The notes beneath the pieces were generated by a model, which saw only the letters and a program-made list of their open reading frames with translations, ran no database searches and had not been told where the DNA came from. From Phoronis australis (taxonomy: Eukaryota > Animalia > Phoronida), in NCBI GenBank assembly GCA_002633005.1, contig NMRA01000576.1, positions 180,339 to 244,338 on the forward strand: a stretch of DNA of 64,000 bases. Direction: 5' to 3'. The stretch's first letter is position 1. Each line of letters opens with the position of its first letter. Shown here one piece after another: positions 26,311-40,293 of this stretch. The position numbers and the translations under genes were made by a program.

Positions 26311-28756
26311 ATGCTAATATTGTTAATCTATATGCATGTGTATCATTAGGGAGTTCGCAGGTAAAGGGTCATAAAACTGCAGAAACATTGCCAAAATACG
26401 CAATACAGGGTTTGTTGCGCATACAAGTGGCGGGTAGACTAAAGACTGCATGTTCGGAAAAAAACGAGCATTGTGTAGAGTAAATGATTCAATCCCAGGA
26501 GCACATCCCAGGGAATCACAATTCGCAATTAATTTGCCAGTGAGCAAGTCTTGTTTCAATTGTAAGTCGACAACTTTCACTGAAAGACTTACAAACCGGA
26601 ATGTTGGACTGAACTGATTTGGATGCAGATATGACAACAACTAGTACACCTACGACCAGGCAACTAATTTTCGTTGACTGACAGATGCCAAAAACATCAC
26701 GGACAATGTGGGAGTCACAGTGATATTACAAGTCATAGTGATGTTACATTTTCGTTTTTAACTTGTCAGCATCTCTAAATGTTTATATTTCTAGGTTACA
26801 CTTTGTAGACATGTTGATGACACCCTGGTATTTTCAATGTCTTTGACATAGAAATTTTAACCAACAAGGCCCAGGTAGCTAATTAATGGGTCTATTTTGC
26901 CCCGCGAAGCACACATTTCAGCACTCCGCGAAATGCCAGGCGGTCCAGCTCCACCTGGCAGCAGCTTACAGGAATGATCCTGGCCAATGGGAATAATTCA
27001 TTTTACTTGAAACTCATGAATACTTATGTTTTACCATTTGGCACCGTGGAAAGTTTTCTTCCTGATGTTGTTTCGTCACCAAATGAGGTAGCATATTGTT
27101 ATTTGTAGGCAGTCAGTCGCCCGGCCGTAAGGGAAAATGTGGCAGGCCACTGCCGATATCTTAGTTTCATGTAAATTTATTTTCGATATTTCGCAAATTT
27201 AATCGTCAGGAAACTCTAAATGTATAGCAGTTTTATTTATTTATTTTGACAAAACATTTTCGGTGTTCTGTTTATACTGTTTTTTACTAGATTTAATGAC
27301 ACCATGTAAAACACGCTTAGCCTATCATGCCATAGCCGGTCTTATATTCAATTGGGGTCTTCATCGGTCTGCAAAGACTCGATCTGAACATAGCACAAGG
27401 GCCGATTTGCACGGCCAATGAGTTGGGCCGCGAAGCAGGCTAGATCTTCCCGTTTTTGCAATTAGGAGAGTAGATTCGGTAAGTTTAATAGCCAAAAACA
27501 AAAAAGTAAACAAAACAACGTCACCGAATCGAATTCAAGGCGTACCAACGTTACAAAGGTCGTTTCCGGCAGAGTGTAATAGTCTTGTCTGCTTTTCAGT
27601 GAAGTGATTGGCAAATTCAACCATTTTGCGGAGATTTAAAAGACAAGCTGTTATCTAAAAAGTGTTTGTTTCAACGATATATGGAGAATATTGTAAATGA
27701 GTATACAACATAAAGCAAGTAATAAAAACTGAAATTATGTACATTCACGTTAAACTACTCTCTCCACAAGTTGAGTAGACCTGGACCATTGGTAGCCGCT
27801 CGTATTACTATTTCGGTGACAATGATAGCGCACTCACAAAGCACTATTGAAGTCCACGTTCCAACCCTACTTTCTGTTTTTAATCACCACACTTGTAGAT
27901 GTACATTTATGTGTTATGCGAAAGTCATTAAACGACCTAATAAGATCATAATATATGTGAAAGCCTCGTATAATCTCCTGTATGATCCTCTAAAAAATCG
28001 GCGAAGTTGGTCATGAGAAGCGTGATGGTGACTTGAAGCAAATTCAAATTTAATACTCAGTTATCATTGTATTTGACAGTACCAGTAGGTGCATAAATGT
28101 GCAGTTGTCGTCCATCTATATCCTGCCTACAACTGATCAGCTGGGACTGAACCCTTTCTGCTATGCTCTTCGAGCGAATCTCCCTACAACAACTCTCGCT
28201 CCTTTGACAATGGGCCTGGAATGCAAAAAAATTTCGTGAAAATCCTAAGTGCTAAATTTGTCCGGTGTTTAAAGAAATCCGAAGCAATCTAAGAACCGTA
28301 TAATGTTTGAAAACTTGGTGTAACTGTGCATCTTTAGGTCAAAATCACGCCATATCGGTGGCAAGTATCTTACAAACTATAGGTGCATTTTTAATTCGGA
28401 GCTGGCATTCGATACTTTCCTGAGACCAATTTTGTTTGCCTTAATTCATTATCCAAAAAGTACTTGGAAATTGCTATGTGGACCAAATCTGGCTATTGTA
28501 AGTTAATTTTGAACACTCATCCGCTCAGTGCATGGACCATTACGCAAAAAAACGGAACACATAGAAACAGAAACGTAGAGCTTGGACACAAAATACCCGA
28601 GACGCAAATAGGCCTGTATGTAAAGCTAAGTTGCCGATATTTTTTGAAAGAGTGTGACACCAGCTTTGCGATTTTTTGGTCATAATAACAATGTTGTTTT
28701 GCGATTTTGTTAACGTGGTAGTANGCAAGACCACATCCCCCAAAGTTTCCATTTTT

Positions 28757-28903
28757 TGACTTTCAAACTTGCCGAATCGACTGCCTCAATTGCCAAAGAA
28801 AGGGAAACGCCACCCACCCATGACCCATAACCTTATCGCCTCACTTTTGTGACTTTCAAACTTGCCAAATCGACTGACACAATTGCAAAAAAGGGAAACG
28901 CCA
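28757..28903. repeat. Local ~55-bp direct duplication
   Basis: tgactttcaaacttgccRaatcgactg...agggaaacgcca at 28757-28812 and 28850-28903. Confidence 0.8.
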
Positions 28904-29752
28904 GCCGTTAGGGCAGAGGTGGTGGTGGGTCGAGGGGATCGTGGGTAGAGGGGGGAGGGTGTTGGCGTTGAAGGGTTTCATAAACCCTTTTTATTTTCTC
29001 GTTTGGGGCCAAATCACGTCATAACAGAGGCAAAAAGCCATCAGTAAATCTTTAAATTTTCACGCAATATATAAATATATATATTGTCATCAACTCGAGA
29101 AACTTTGTAAAAGCTCAAGCAATATGGCACTGGGATGTCAAATTTTCGCTTTACAATGCCAGACCATCAATGCTGTTTCGCTTCGTTTTCTTTATTTGTT
29201 AACTGCTTGAAATTTGTCAAAAGCTACATGTATATGAGATTCATTCATTCCTCCAACACAAGTCAAGAGTCACAAGAAATATACTTTTCGTGTCGGAGAA
29301 ACGTAATAAATTCTGATGGATGTTTTTAATCTGTTGACGGTTTTCATGTTGTTCAACAAGGAAATGAAGTATTATTACGGCCAAGAGTCGAACGTTTCCT
29401 ATCCAACAGCGTTATCTCATTTGTGATAAGATTTTAATCGAATGCTACTGCATTGCTTGGGAAGCAATTTCTTTCAGTATCAACATTTAGTTTTTGTCAA
29501 TTTTCCATCTGTAAAACTGTCGCACACTCCTTCTGACGTGTACCCTGAACTTTTTTTTACAATTAAAACATGATTTTAGAAGGAAAAATAAAAAATAACA
29601 TTGCCACTGCTCAACATAACAACTGATCAAATGATACTTAGTTGTGTTTACATGTGGAAAAATTGATGTTTATCGTGAAGCATTGTTGGCGTTTCTTTCA
29701 TTGAACCCATTTAAAAAGGCTCGAATTAATGTTGCAATTTTATTTTTTGTAG

Positions 29753-30040
29753 ATCACGTGACAGAAGTCAACAGATGCTGGTTTGTAGCTGACTCAACAT
29801 GCGCAATCGTGAAGTACAAAGGAGCTTTGGAAAATCGTAAACAGTGTCAATCACTCTGTGGGAGATTCCGTAAAAAATTTGCTGCTGTTACAGAAGGAGA
29901 TCTATGCTATTGCGGTGATGAATTCTTTGGGCACTTAGCTATGGATATATCAGAATGTAACGAACCTTGTCGTGGCAATTCGTCAGAAGCCTGCGGTGGC
30001 CTTTCTCCAAACATGTTTATAATGCACTCGATAAGAGACG
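29753..30040 (+). CDS. WSC-domain exon, type 2 (gene A)
   Basis: ttttgtag| acceptor, G|gtaagt donor, phase 1-1, 288 bp open. NRCW...CQSLC...FAAVTEGDLCYCGD...CNEPCRGNSSEACGG. Confidence 0.9.
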
Positions 30041-32557
30041 GTAAGTAAAACTGCATATATATAAATTGCGTCATACATGTAGGTGAATTGTTCAATAACG
30101 TCTTCGACCCCAAAACCCCACAAACCCCTCGACCAACGAGTCCTCGAGCCACGACCCCCAATTGGCGACCCACAACCCCTACAAACCTGTCTACACATGG
30201 TCGTCTCGATGTGAACGTAGAACAATCGCAAATTTGCAAGACCAATGAAATGGGCCGTTAGCTTGGTTAGTTTTTCCTTGTTTTTTCTTGCAATTCAGAG
30301 AGTCACTCTGCAACGTTTACATTATGTGGAAATGTTGTCAGACAAACAACTTCAACATGTCGTAAGGTGTCAACTTTTGGTGGGACCCCATAGAGGACTT
30401 CTGTTTGCCATACAACTCAATAAAAATGTTATTATGGTCATTATTTTCGTTTTTTTAAAGCCGCGACAGTATGGATACATTTGATCTACTGATTTGCTCA
30501 GCTAGAAACATTTCCGTTCAGAGCGCTTTCATGTTTAGTATGGAACGTCGTTAGCCTTTGTGTAGTGTCCGCCCAGGGTCATTTAGAAGAGACGCTGACC
30601 GCTCCACATCAGATGCTCAGCAGAGAATGGAATTTCTGATTGCAATGTCCTCAATCGCAGGATCCCTCAATACATCACGCGTCTATCTGTCAGTGTCCAA
30701 CTGGGAAACTATATTGAGAAGAAAGTCCTCATTTTTTTATCAACGCATCTGCCATTATACTAAGCACCCCTATCTGGCCAAAAAGAGTTCATATTCAAGG
30801 ACATGATCACTCAAATCAAAGATAGATGGCGAACGCTCTGCTTGCAGTTCTTGCGCAGCTTCCCATGATAAACAGAATTTTGTGTGGGCGTTTTTGAGAA
30901 CAATACATTTTAAAACTGCAAACAACCTAAGTCAGATTGCTCAATAGAAGGCGTTATACTATTGTAGCGCCACAAAATATCACTCAAAGAATTTACCCCT
31001 GCACTGTTTACAATCCTGATACAAGAAACCAGTTTGTAACCGCATTGTGAAAACGATACTACTCTACGGTACATCGTGTTTCCACTGTTAATTAACAACT
31101 TTCATTTACTGTATTTTATATTGCATAAGATTTAGAACAGGAAGTTAGCCACCAGAAATGAACATTTTAAGTTGAATAATATGCATGGGAAAAATAAGGC
31201 AAAATTTTCAGTCATTGCTGTAACCGTTATCAATATTCTACATATTTTATTAGTTATTTTGACAGCTTACGGCATTCTTAACAATAAATGTTTCGTTACT
31301 TAAATCAGGTGGCCCAAAAGAGAGAGTGATCCCATGATGGGGGTAAAATAATTAACTATAAGAAAAGTGCACTGTTCGACTGGGAGATGAATGCTACACA
31401 TGACTGCCAAGTATACCAGTACTTAACCTCCACAGATTAGTTCTGAAACCAAACGAGGTCGTAATCAGGCTCAGTTTCTCAATGATGAAAATAGAAATAT
31501 TAGGGCCGGGGTATAAGAAATAGACGCTGAGGTCAATGTGTGAAATAGGAGGTTGGTGTCTTTTGAAGTCGAAATGAATCCAACGACATCTTCTAAACTC
31601 TATAACCTCTTTCAGAAATTGCAATCAAAATGTGTTGAAAAATGCAAAGCTATCACTACGCCCAGCTTAACTGAGTCCCAGCTTTTGTTCTATTTACAGG
31701 TAGCCTCCACATATAACACACGTCTCTTTGTTCTGACGATGAGACTCGGTATTTAAAGTCCTCCCCAGTGTTGTCATAAGAAAAATAGTACATGTGGTTA
31801 TTGATCATGAATATTATCTGAAAAAAAGACTTGATACTATTGCGACTAAATATTCTGGTGAATCATTGTCACAACGGCATTCATAATTATTATTTTCAAT
31901 TCCCTGTTATTTGGCCTCCGTAGGTAAACATATTTATTTTTTTCATAACCATATGGGATTCATTTAGGTCATCTATCAATCTTGCCCGTCAAAACCATGT
32001 AAAACAGGACTTCCACGTCCTCTTTCATCTCGAAATAACAGATGCGAGTGGTATTTTTGGAATAAAATATGCCATTGCATTTTGAGCACATGTATAATGA
32101 CAGAGCTATCATTTCGGAATGATGCTTTAAATGGGACGCTGGTTGTTCTTTAAAAATATCTTCAACATTTTATTCAGTCTAAATATCCACAATTACATAT
32201 GCTAAAATCCGGAAGGTTAATGAGGCAATGCATTAAATAATATAAGTTCGCAGTCTCAATTCTTAGGACATAACCGTCTAAAGGTGTGATTTCAACCTCA
32301 AATTAGCACATCGTGTTGCTGTTTTTGGTGAGATCTATTATTTACTTAGTTTGCCAGATTTTTGTTATGGTAAAAGCACAGCCAAATGTTGACTTTCTCA
32401 TATTGGACAAGTGCATGACTCAATTTGGTGGGGATGCATTATTTGCCGACAAAGACACATCAACCTTTACGACAGGAAGATCCATTGCGCATTTCATGAC
32501 GATCAGACATAATTCTATACATGTACTTGAATCCTTGATCCATCACTTGCATTCCAG

Positions 32558-32905
32558 AACACGACCGTGGACTTCTGTTTGCTGAAGGGTGCTATTTTGA
32601 TGACATCCAACCGCTCTTGGATGCAACGGACGTGTCTCCGAATAACGGTACACATGAATCAAAACATGATAAAATTGGTTTGGCAAGCGCTGAGGTAATG
32701 CACATAAGCCAGTGCAAGCAAAAATGCAAACGAGCAGGATTTAAAGTAGCAGGTGCAAAATATGGAGTTGAGTGTTGGTGCAGCAATACAGTTAATATCG
32801 ACGCAATACTGACTGACTCAAAATTTTGTAACATGTTATGTCCGGATTACAACTCCAAGTGTCCCTCACTTCACACCATGCATGTCTCTGATTCTGGACT
32901 AAAAG
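32558..32905 (+). CDS. WSC-domain exon, type 3 (gene A)
   Basis: ttccag| acceptor, G|gtaagt donor, phase 1-1, 348 bp open. EGCY...CKQKCKRAGFKVAGAKYGVECWCSN...CNMLCPDYNSKC. Confidence 0.88.
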
Positions 32906-33416
32906 GTAAGTAACCCACTCTTTGTCTCATAATGTCAGTTTTGCGTCATAAGTGACCAGTAAAACACATTTACCTGTGATTTGAATTTTTCTTCACCACG
33001 TTTGAGAGCAAATCCACTTTACATGAATGTCCGCTAGAGTAACTACAGTTATGAAATTGTTTCATGAACAGTTAATAGGATTGCGTTCGCTCTTGTCACT
33101 TTCCGTTCATCATCTACACACAGTGGGTCGTTTTGTATGTCCCTCGTTAGTTTCATCATAGGAAGGTCAGAACGAACTCATCCAATGGAATCTTCGTCAT
33201 AAGCCACGTGATATCGCTGATCTAGTACCCATCGGCTAATGCTTTTCAAAACACGTCAATCATTTAAATAGGGTTCAAATGTTCTTCTATTTAGAACGTG
33301 TCGTTTAGCATACATGTACACACGGCATCTCTTGAAAACGCAGTCTGAAAATGAACATAGCCTTATCGTTTTGTAATTATCATACGTAGCACATTATGAA
33401 AAAGCGGCTATTAAAC

Positions 33417-34387
33417 TTCTTCTTCTTCTTCAGCGTTTGGGGTCATATAGTTCAGATAGTCAGTGTGGTCTTTGGAGCGTAGTTTGCAGTTCGCCGCAGT
33501 GATGCCGTCGGGCCCCATGGTTTTACCTCGAGTTACACCGGACTGGGCCATGTCTGGCGACTTAGGGAACGACCGTAGGACAGCTCTGCGGTAAATGGCC
33601 AGGTGTGTGGGGGCCAGTGCCACAGGGGCACTCGTCTGTGTGAGAGATTTTCACGCGATTCATGTGAGAGAGCAGCTGGCAGTGGCCCGTTCTTAGCCTG
33701 AAGATAGTGACTTGTTCCTGCCGGACAAGGTGGTGGATAGAGTTTTCTTCAGTACCCAGACATAGGCGTGCCCTACAGGCATTTCTAAAGTGACTTCGTA
33801 AGAGGGTTTTTATTGCTCCATATGATGATGGGTGCGACGCCAGCTCCAGTTTGCTTCCTGCCTCGGAGAGTCTGTCTGTTTCCTCGTTGCCGCTGATGCC
33901 GCTGTGGGAAGGAATCCATTGCAACGGAACAGTGGTTTTGTTGTAGGAAATATGCGTCTGTTGTTTGATGGATTGCAGGATCTGGTCTCTTTCTCTGTTG
34001 TGTGGAGGCTCTGCAGAAGAGATCAGCAGTCTGTGAGGAAGACTTTATGATCGGGGAACCTCGTTTTGCTGGTTGAGTATCTGGGCTGCGAGGTACAGGG
34101 CATTTGCCTCAGCTCTGTAGTTGGTGGATTGAAGACCCGTGACAATGGACTTACTCTGAGTGCTGCCGTCTGGGTATTTGACGAATACCCCACCTCCCCC
34201 ATTTCTGACAGCATTATTTGCAGAGCCATCTGTATAACCTCGGGTCCAGGTGGTGGTAGGGTAGTCTCTGTCTAGGGTTTCTAGGGTGACGGCCTTCAGG
34301 ACTGCCTCCAGCTGTGTATGCTTTGCTTCAACCCCAGGGATGTCGAGAATGATGGGAGGAATGTCCAGGGACCATTCTTGCAGCATT
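33417..34387 (-). mobile_element. 5'-truncated I-group non-LTR retrotransposon (RNase H + Zn knuckle) with 11-bp TSD
   Basis: YTDGSA, STNYRAE and QWIPSHSGISGNEETD (RNase H); FRLRTGH; CPCGTGPHTPGHLPQSCP; (GAA)n 3' tail. GGCTATTAAAC duplicated at 33406-33416 and 34388-34398. Confidence 0.9.
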
Positions 34388-36157
34388 GGCTATTAAACGT
34401 AAACAGGGAGAAGCTTAAGTGGATTTTATTGGTTTTACAATAAAGTTCTTGTGCTCAGATGATACTCCAGAAATCAATTATTGATTTGAGATCAACAACT
34501 TGAACATTAATCACCCTAATCACTTTGCTGTCTCTGCAGTTATCGGGTACTTCATATGAAAATGACATTTGTTCGCTGGAAGTACAGATTTTGACACACG
34601 AAACACCACAGAACTACAACAGGCGAGCTTAATTCAGTACAATCTTTTGCTATTTTGCCAAAATTTACCCAATTTTGAATTTCACATATAAATGGATTGT
34701 TCACTTTTAAATCGAAGAATAGCAGAACAACACAAACTCAGAACGAGAATACAGTTCATTCCATGCTTTCCGGCATATCTTGTTTTACCTTGAAAGTCAC
34801 CGTGGCTATTTTTTGAAATTCACCTCTAATTCGAGAAATTTCCATTTTGACTGATCTACAAAAATAACATTAGGTCTCATAAAGTTAATGCTGCAGACCA
34901 CATATGATGTTCAATTGGTATTCTGTCAACAGCAAAAATGCACCAGGTGGGCCATTATTATTGCTCACAAATAATAATCTGCCAACGAGGGGAATGGAGA
35001 TTGGCAATTAAGAAAAACGTGGCATCCACCGAGAAGGTTTCTTAAAAATTGTGCCTCTACACTTGCCAATGTCATATAATTATTTTATCCGCAAGTTTTC
35101 CCTGAGACACGCGCGCACTTGACTGTTCTAAGAAAGGCAAAATCATAACATCAGTAAGTTTTTATTTTAAGAGTCAAAGAATAGTTGTAGAAATTGCGTT
35201 TTTCCCAGAGTTTTTCATAACTTGCCGCTTTTGCCATGGCTGTTATTCTGATCGAAAGATAGATGTATTTAACATTAAGAAGAATCGTCTGTCCATGCAA
35301 GCACCCAGCCTTCAATATGGGGGCTCGAATATCTGCCCATGTGGACCTTTCACTAGCAAAAAACAAAAGAACTAAACAAATAAAAACGAGGTTCCACGTT
35401 CAGGGCCGTACAGTGTGTGCTGCGCCCTTTTAGCGGAATTTTGTCTCGTTTTCCCGGACTTATTGTTTCTCTGAGGCGGAACTTTTTGCCCACTTCGCCA
35501 AAGAAGGGCTCATGCGAGCCCCCTGCCTCCCCCTTGCGGGTTGCGCGTATGTGTATCTTTTGCTTGAATTATTCCATTTTATAGATAGAAACACAGGTTT
35601 TTTGCTTGTTTTCGCGAAATTACCTTTCCAACAATTTTAGATTACGTTTTCAAAGCTTAAACGTAAACAGGGAAAGCTTCAGGTACATGTTTGTTATTTT
35701 ATCAGTATATACAGTTCCACGTGCAATTGAAATATCTGCTACGGGTACCACATGCAGTGTACACTTGGTGGTGAAAACAAAACAAACGAATAGATATTAT
35801 ATAGTTTTGAGATGGTTAGTGCAATATCTACCGTGCTGCTTTCAAAAGTGAGCTCGGAAATTTGTTCAATACTTGAGAACAAAAAAAATATCTTCAAAAA
35901 GTTAAGTTCACAAGCACATCGTCGAATTTTATAATTGTTTGTATTTAAAAAACATTTGATCAAATAGTTAATGATAATGTTACATCGAAATGGCACTTGT
36001 GCAAAGATGGACAAGTATTGGTCGCAGTGATCATGCCGATGTTCCTTCCTGCTTAAATTCGGTTTCATTTCATCAATGAATATATTGGAACACTTTTAGA
36101 CCGGTCTAGTCATTGTGTATAACCATAAAGACGACTATTCTATTTTCTCGTTTTCAG

Positions 36158-39121
36158 GTCTGACACCAATTGTGAGAGAGCCTCGCGGCAAGATCTCTGG
36201 ACGAAACTCATGTTACTAGAGAGGTTCTGTTGTCGAAAATCTCGTAGTGTCAAACGCATTGTAGACATTTGTATTGGAAAACTTTGGTTCTATCACGATT
36301 TCAAATTATTTGAATAAAAATGCTGACCGTCTTGATTTATCGCTGTAAATCGACATCAACCATACAAGCCGCTGCTCGACACTCGACAATAAAAACGAGC
36401 TATTTTAGAAACATGGCACGTCCCGAAAATGGATAATCCAACAATGCATTTAAATCAAACATTTATTAAACGATTTAAAAATTCTGAACTCTTTTTAGCA
36501 TCAAACTAATAATGCTGGAGACCCCATCATTATTTTTAGGTCTGGAAGCGTGTTATTCTAACAAAAATGTCATTCTACACAAAATAAAGCTCGACTACAT
36601 GTACATCCAAGAAAAGATGACGGCTGAATCAACGAGGATTTATATTTAATGTTAATGAGACGACAACTTATGTTGACCTTAAGACAATTTGACTTCCAAT
36701 TAGTCACTTGCTGGTCCAAAAGAGTCAAGAGTAAACAGAGCATTTGGACAGAACGCGGCTGTATACGGACAGATGCCACGAATGAACAGAGGAGTTGACA
36801 AAGTGTCAACAACTGACAATTTTTCCCTCAAAACAGACTTAAAAAGCAAAAACATTTCACTCGAACCTCTGAATGCTACATACAACTCGAAATAGCAAAC
36901 TGGTTACCACCAATCCGATGATCAGAATCTACTGAAGGTCATATTTTGCTACGTAATCTTGTAACCAGAATGCATATGCTTGGCCGACGCCCCTATCGGA
37001 TGTTAACGCAAAATCCTTATTTTTTTACTAGTCACCTAATGGTGAAGGATTGGAAAAAGTTCTTCCATTCTTCAAACATGGGAACGAGAGATTACTCAGG
37101 TTTGGAATACCGCTTTAGCGCTACTTGACATTAAAATGTTGATCATTCGTTTGGCTTTAGCCCACTTCTATTGATTTTTGGCGCTACGTGCACGTAATAA
37201 ATTGTGCATGCTTCTGTAGTGTTTTGTATTTCCTACACGTTAACAGTAATCACAGACTTGTTGTTGACCACGCCATCAACTCATGGATAGAAATAGGCTT
37301 TTTTTCTTCGCTACTGCTATCTGCTGTTGCTACATGTACATATCGTGTGCAGTATTACTGAGAAACGAAATTTCTGGAGGATATGGCCAAGACGACGGTG
37401 CACAAAGGTCAACCTGCATGTCAGCAGAACATACATTATACTTAAAATTTCATCTCAAGCCAGGTGAATTGTAAAATATTTGAACATGGTCACGAAATGT
37501 AATTGTTTATCGGTTTACTTTGAACTTGTGATTGACTTTTTGAAGTTAATCAAACAATACTGCAAACGGAGTGCAGTCAATATCAGCCATCAAGAAGAAG
37601 TGAAGTAATTGCTACCTTACGTCTGCCTGTACCTCTCTACGACAACCAAAAATTCAAATCTTGTTCAGTGGAAAATTTATTACGGAAATAAGCTTAGCTG
37701 CGACGCAGAACGTAAACACTCTTCTCAGTTTGAGTTACTTGTATATTCTTTCTGTAAACTGTCGGTACTAGAATACCTCCAAATTGTTGAATCCGTTGCA
37801 TTGTCAGGCTGCAATAGTACTCTCTTGGAAGTTGCACCCACTACCGACGCCTAAGCTGAACTTTGTAAGAAATATGACATCAATTCTTTTCCGTTGCGAA
37901 CAAGAGCTGCTGACGTCGTATTTATAAAATATCAACGACCTATACATGTACATTACAAAAATTCTTTAGTCATTGACTATAGGATAATTCGTTCCAGGAA
38001 ACCAACCAGCTTTAGATTTTTGGAGAACTGTATGGGCAAAAACACGGTTCTATTTGCCGGAAACTGCTGCAAGTTGATATTAGCAGGATGGATTCCCATT
38101 AAAAATCGTAACGCAAGAAACATTTGCAGTGAGGTTGGAGGTCATCTATTTCGGATAAACACAAAAGACGAACATGAATTCATTCTCTTTGTTATGAAGA
38201 CCAAGTGGAAGCGTGCTATGCATTCAATTAATTCATACTTTGGAATTCATTTAGGCGTGTTTTGAAAGCCGAATGGAACTTATCAAGGATCTTATGGGAA
38301 TCCGGTTTGGTTTTCGCATTGGTATCACGTAGGCGATGACGCAAAACCTTATTTGAAGGTGTCATATCAAACTTTTCCGAATGATATGCTGAAAGTTATC
38401 CCTGGGACTCAAAACCAGCCAGTAACTTAGTCCAGTAGCGAGTGCAATTGATGGTTGTGCAAAATCCGTACATCGGTGATAATTGGTTTTCCATTCCCTG
38501 TAGTTACCCAATCCGCTCTACTACAATAATATGCGAAATGGAGAAGGTTTCAAATATTTCCGAAAACAGGCGAATTGTAGGGCTTTGTGGATAACCAATT
38601 TTAATTTTAAAACGTGCCTTCTTGGCTGGACATACCTAAGTGGCAGATGCTTTCGTTTGGTTACAATAGCAGATGCAAAACACATATTGAGTTTCCCAAC
38701 TGTACAGGAACAGTGGTCAAAACTCGGTGGAATTTTGGCTGATCCTGATACAAGAAGAGCAAACCGAATCATGTCATTTTGGACGATTCGGCCTGAATAT
38801 GGAAATGTGTTTATAGCAACTTATACCACAACAAAATGCAGGATATTATACTCACAACGCCCAGATAGTGTAAGTAGACTGTATGGTGACAACATATATG
38901 TGTGTGGCATATATTGGAATTACCGTGTAACGCTACATTCCCCGGGCATGTGTTGTGCGAAACGAACTCGACCAACGTCACTTCTAAGTAGTGCCGACAA
39001 ACACAGTGGGCATGTGAAGATGGTACATGTATTTCAGCAAAAAGTTTCTGGGACGGCAATCTCGACTGTACTACTGGAACTGATGAACCTGGGATTGATA
39101 TATGCAAATGCCAGTCTTTCA
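36158..39121 (+). pseudogene. Large decayed ectodomain exon of gene A: CUB-like, CUB-like, C-type lectin x2, LDLa
   Basis: ttttcag| acceptor at 36158 and A|gtaaat donor at 39121 (both phase 1). CUB-like: FHSS...YSGLEYRF. CLEC1: ARNICSEVGGHLFRINTKDEHEFI...WFSIPC...IICE. CLEC2: CLLGWTYLSGRCF...LPCNATFPGHVLCE. LDLa: CRQTQWACEDGTCISAKSFWDGNLDCTTGTDE..C (38992-39105). Multiple stops (e.g. 38263, 38428, 38989) and frameshifts. Confidence 0.8.
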
Positions 39122-39317
39122 GTAAATATAGAATGTATAGTAACAAAAAATCCCATTTTTCTGAACATAAGGTGACGTCTTTTAAGTTTTGGCATGAGGT
39201 TCAGCACACAAGGAACTTAGATTTCGGTATTTCATGCAGATATATTAATTACATGTTAAGTTTTTCTTATCATTAACCTTTCCCTTCGACTATGCTTAAT
39301 TTGGGTTTTTGCTGCAG

Positions 39318-39880
39318 ATCATTCATAACAGTTATGATAACAAGATTTTGCTCCTTTAGTATATTTGCATATGACTTGACTGGTATTCGACACTTGCTGG
39401 CTTATTGTATATATTGTCCAGGTGATATTTTATGAATAGAAGAAACGTTGAATCAACATGGACTTTTTATTTGTGCGGCGATTGTCCGATTTTTGATCTT
39501 ACTGTGGCCAAATGTTTATGGAATTAGTATCAAGACGTTTCGTTATTATCATAGCTAATGCTACTGTAACGGTGTTGAACAGCTTGTAACTTCCCATAAC
39601 ATTAAAAAAGCGTGGGCAAGTTTTGATACCAATTTGGTGAACTATATCCAAAGTGATTCAATCAACACATATACAGTATTGCTCTGAAGTTGTTTTCGAT
39701 AAAGTGCCACTATATTTCTTCCGCACCCTTTTATCTTGGTCGTGGATTCCCACCATTGTCAGGGCAATTGCATTTTCAAGAACCCACTGAATTACATAAC
39801 CGTCACACATGTTGGCTTCTACAGGGTGTACAGTGTATCTGAAAGGCGATGACACTTATCTTTCTGGACGTCTTGTAGTG
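39318..39880 (+). pseudogene. Heavily decayed further LDLa-type exon
   Basis: ctgcag| acceptor. Fragments HGLFIC and FKNPLNYITVTHVG...QC..KGDD resemble FKCPxSYCIPxxxVCDGxxDCPxGDDE modules. Frames broken. Confidence 0.3.
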
Positions 39881-40293
39881 CATGTTTTTAAACAAATTTG
39901 AGTCCAGTTTTTTGCGTTCACGTATTCACCTGCCACACTCTTCGACCCCATACGCCTCCATCCACGACCCAATAAAACCACAACACCTTCGACCCACGAC
40001 CCTTCGACCCTTTCATGCCTCGACGCGTGTACATTTAACTAAAGGCGGGTTCAGCTCCGTCATGTTATCGACTCACCTTCGGTGTGTAAAGCTGTACAAA
40101 ACGGCACAAGAAGCAGTAGCTAGGCAACCGCATGTTTCAAACGCACCATAAACAAATCGTACATTATACATGTATATAACCGAACCAGGAACAACGTACC
40201 ATTGTGACAGAAATGGCAGACGGACCTCCGAAGCAGCTAAAACTGACTTATCCTCCGCAATAATCGGACGTTGCAGGCTCAGTTTACACGACC

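Noticed and set aside
14897-32905. Assigning a gene symbol such as KREMEN, WSCD1/2, XYLT or PKD1
   Set aside because: No kringle, sulfotransferase, glycosyltransferase or PKD/REJ domains are seen; a WSC domain alone does not establish orthology.
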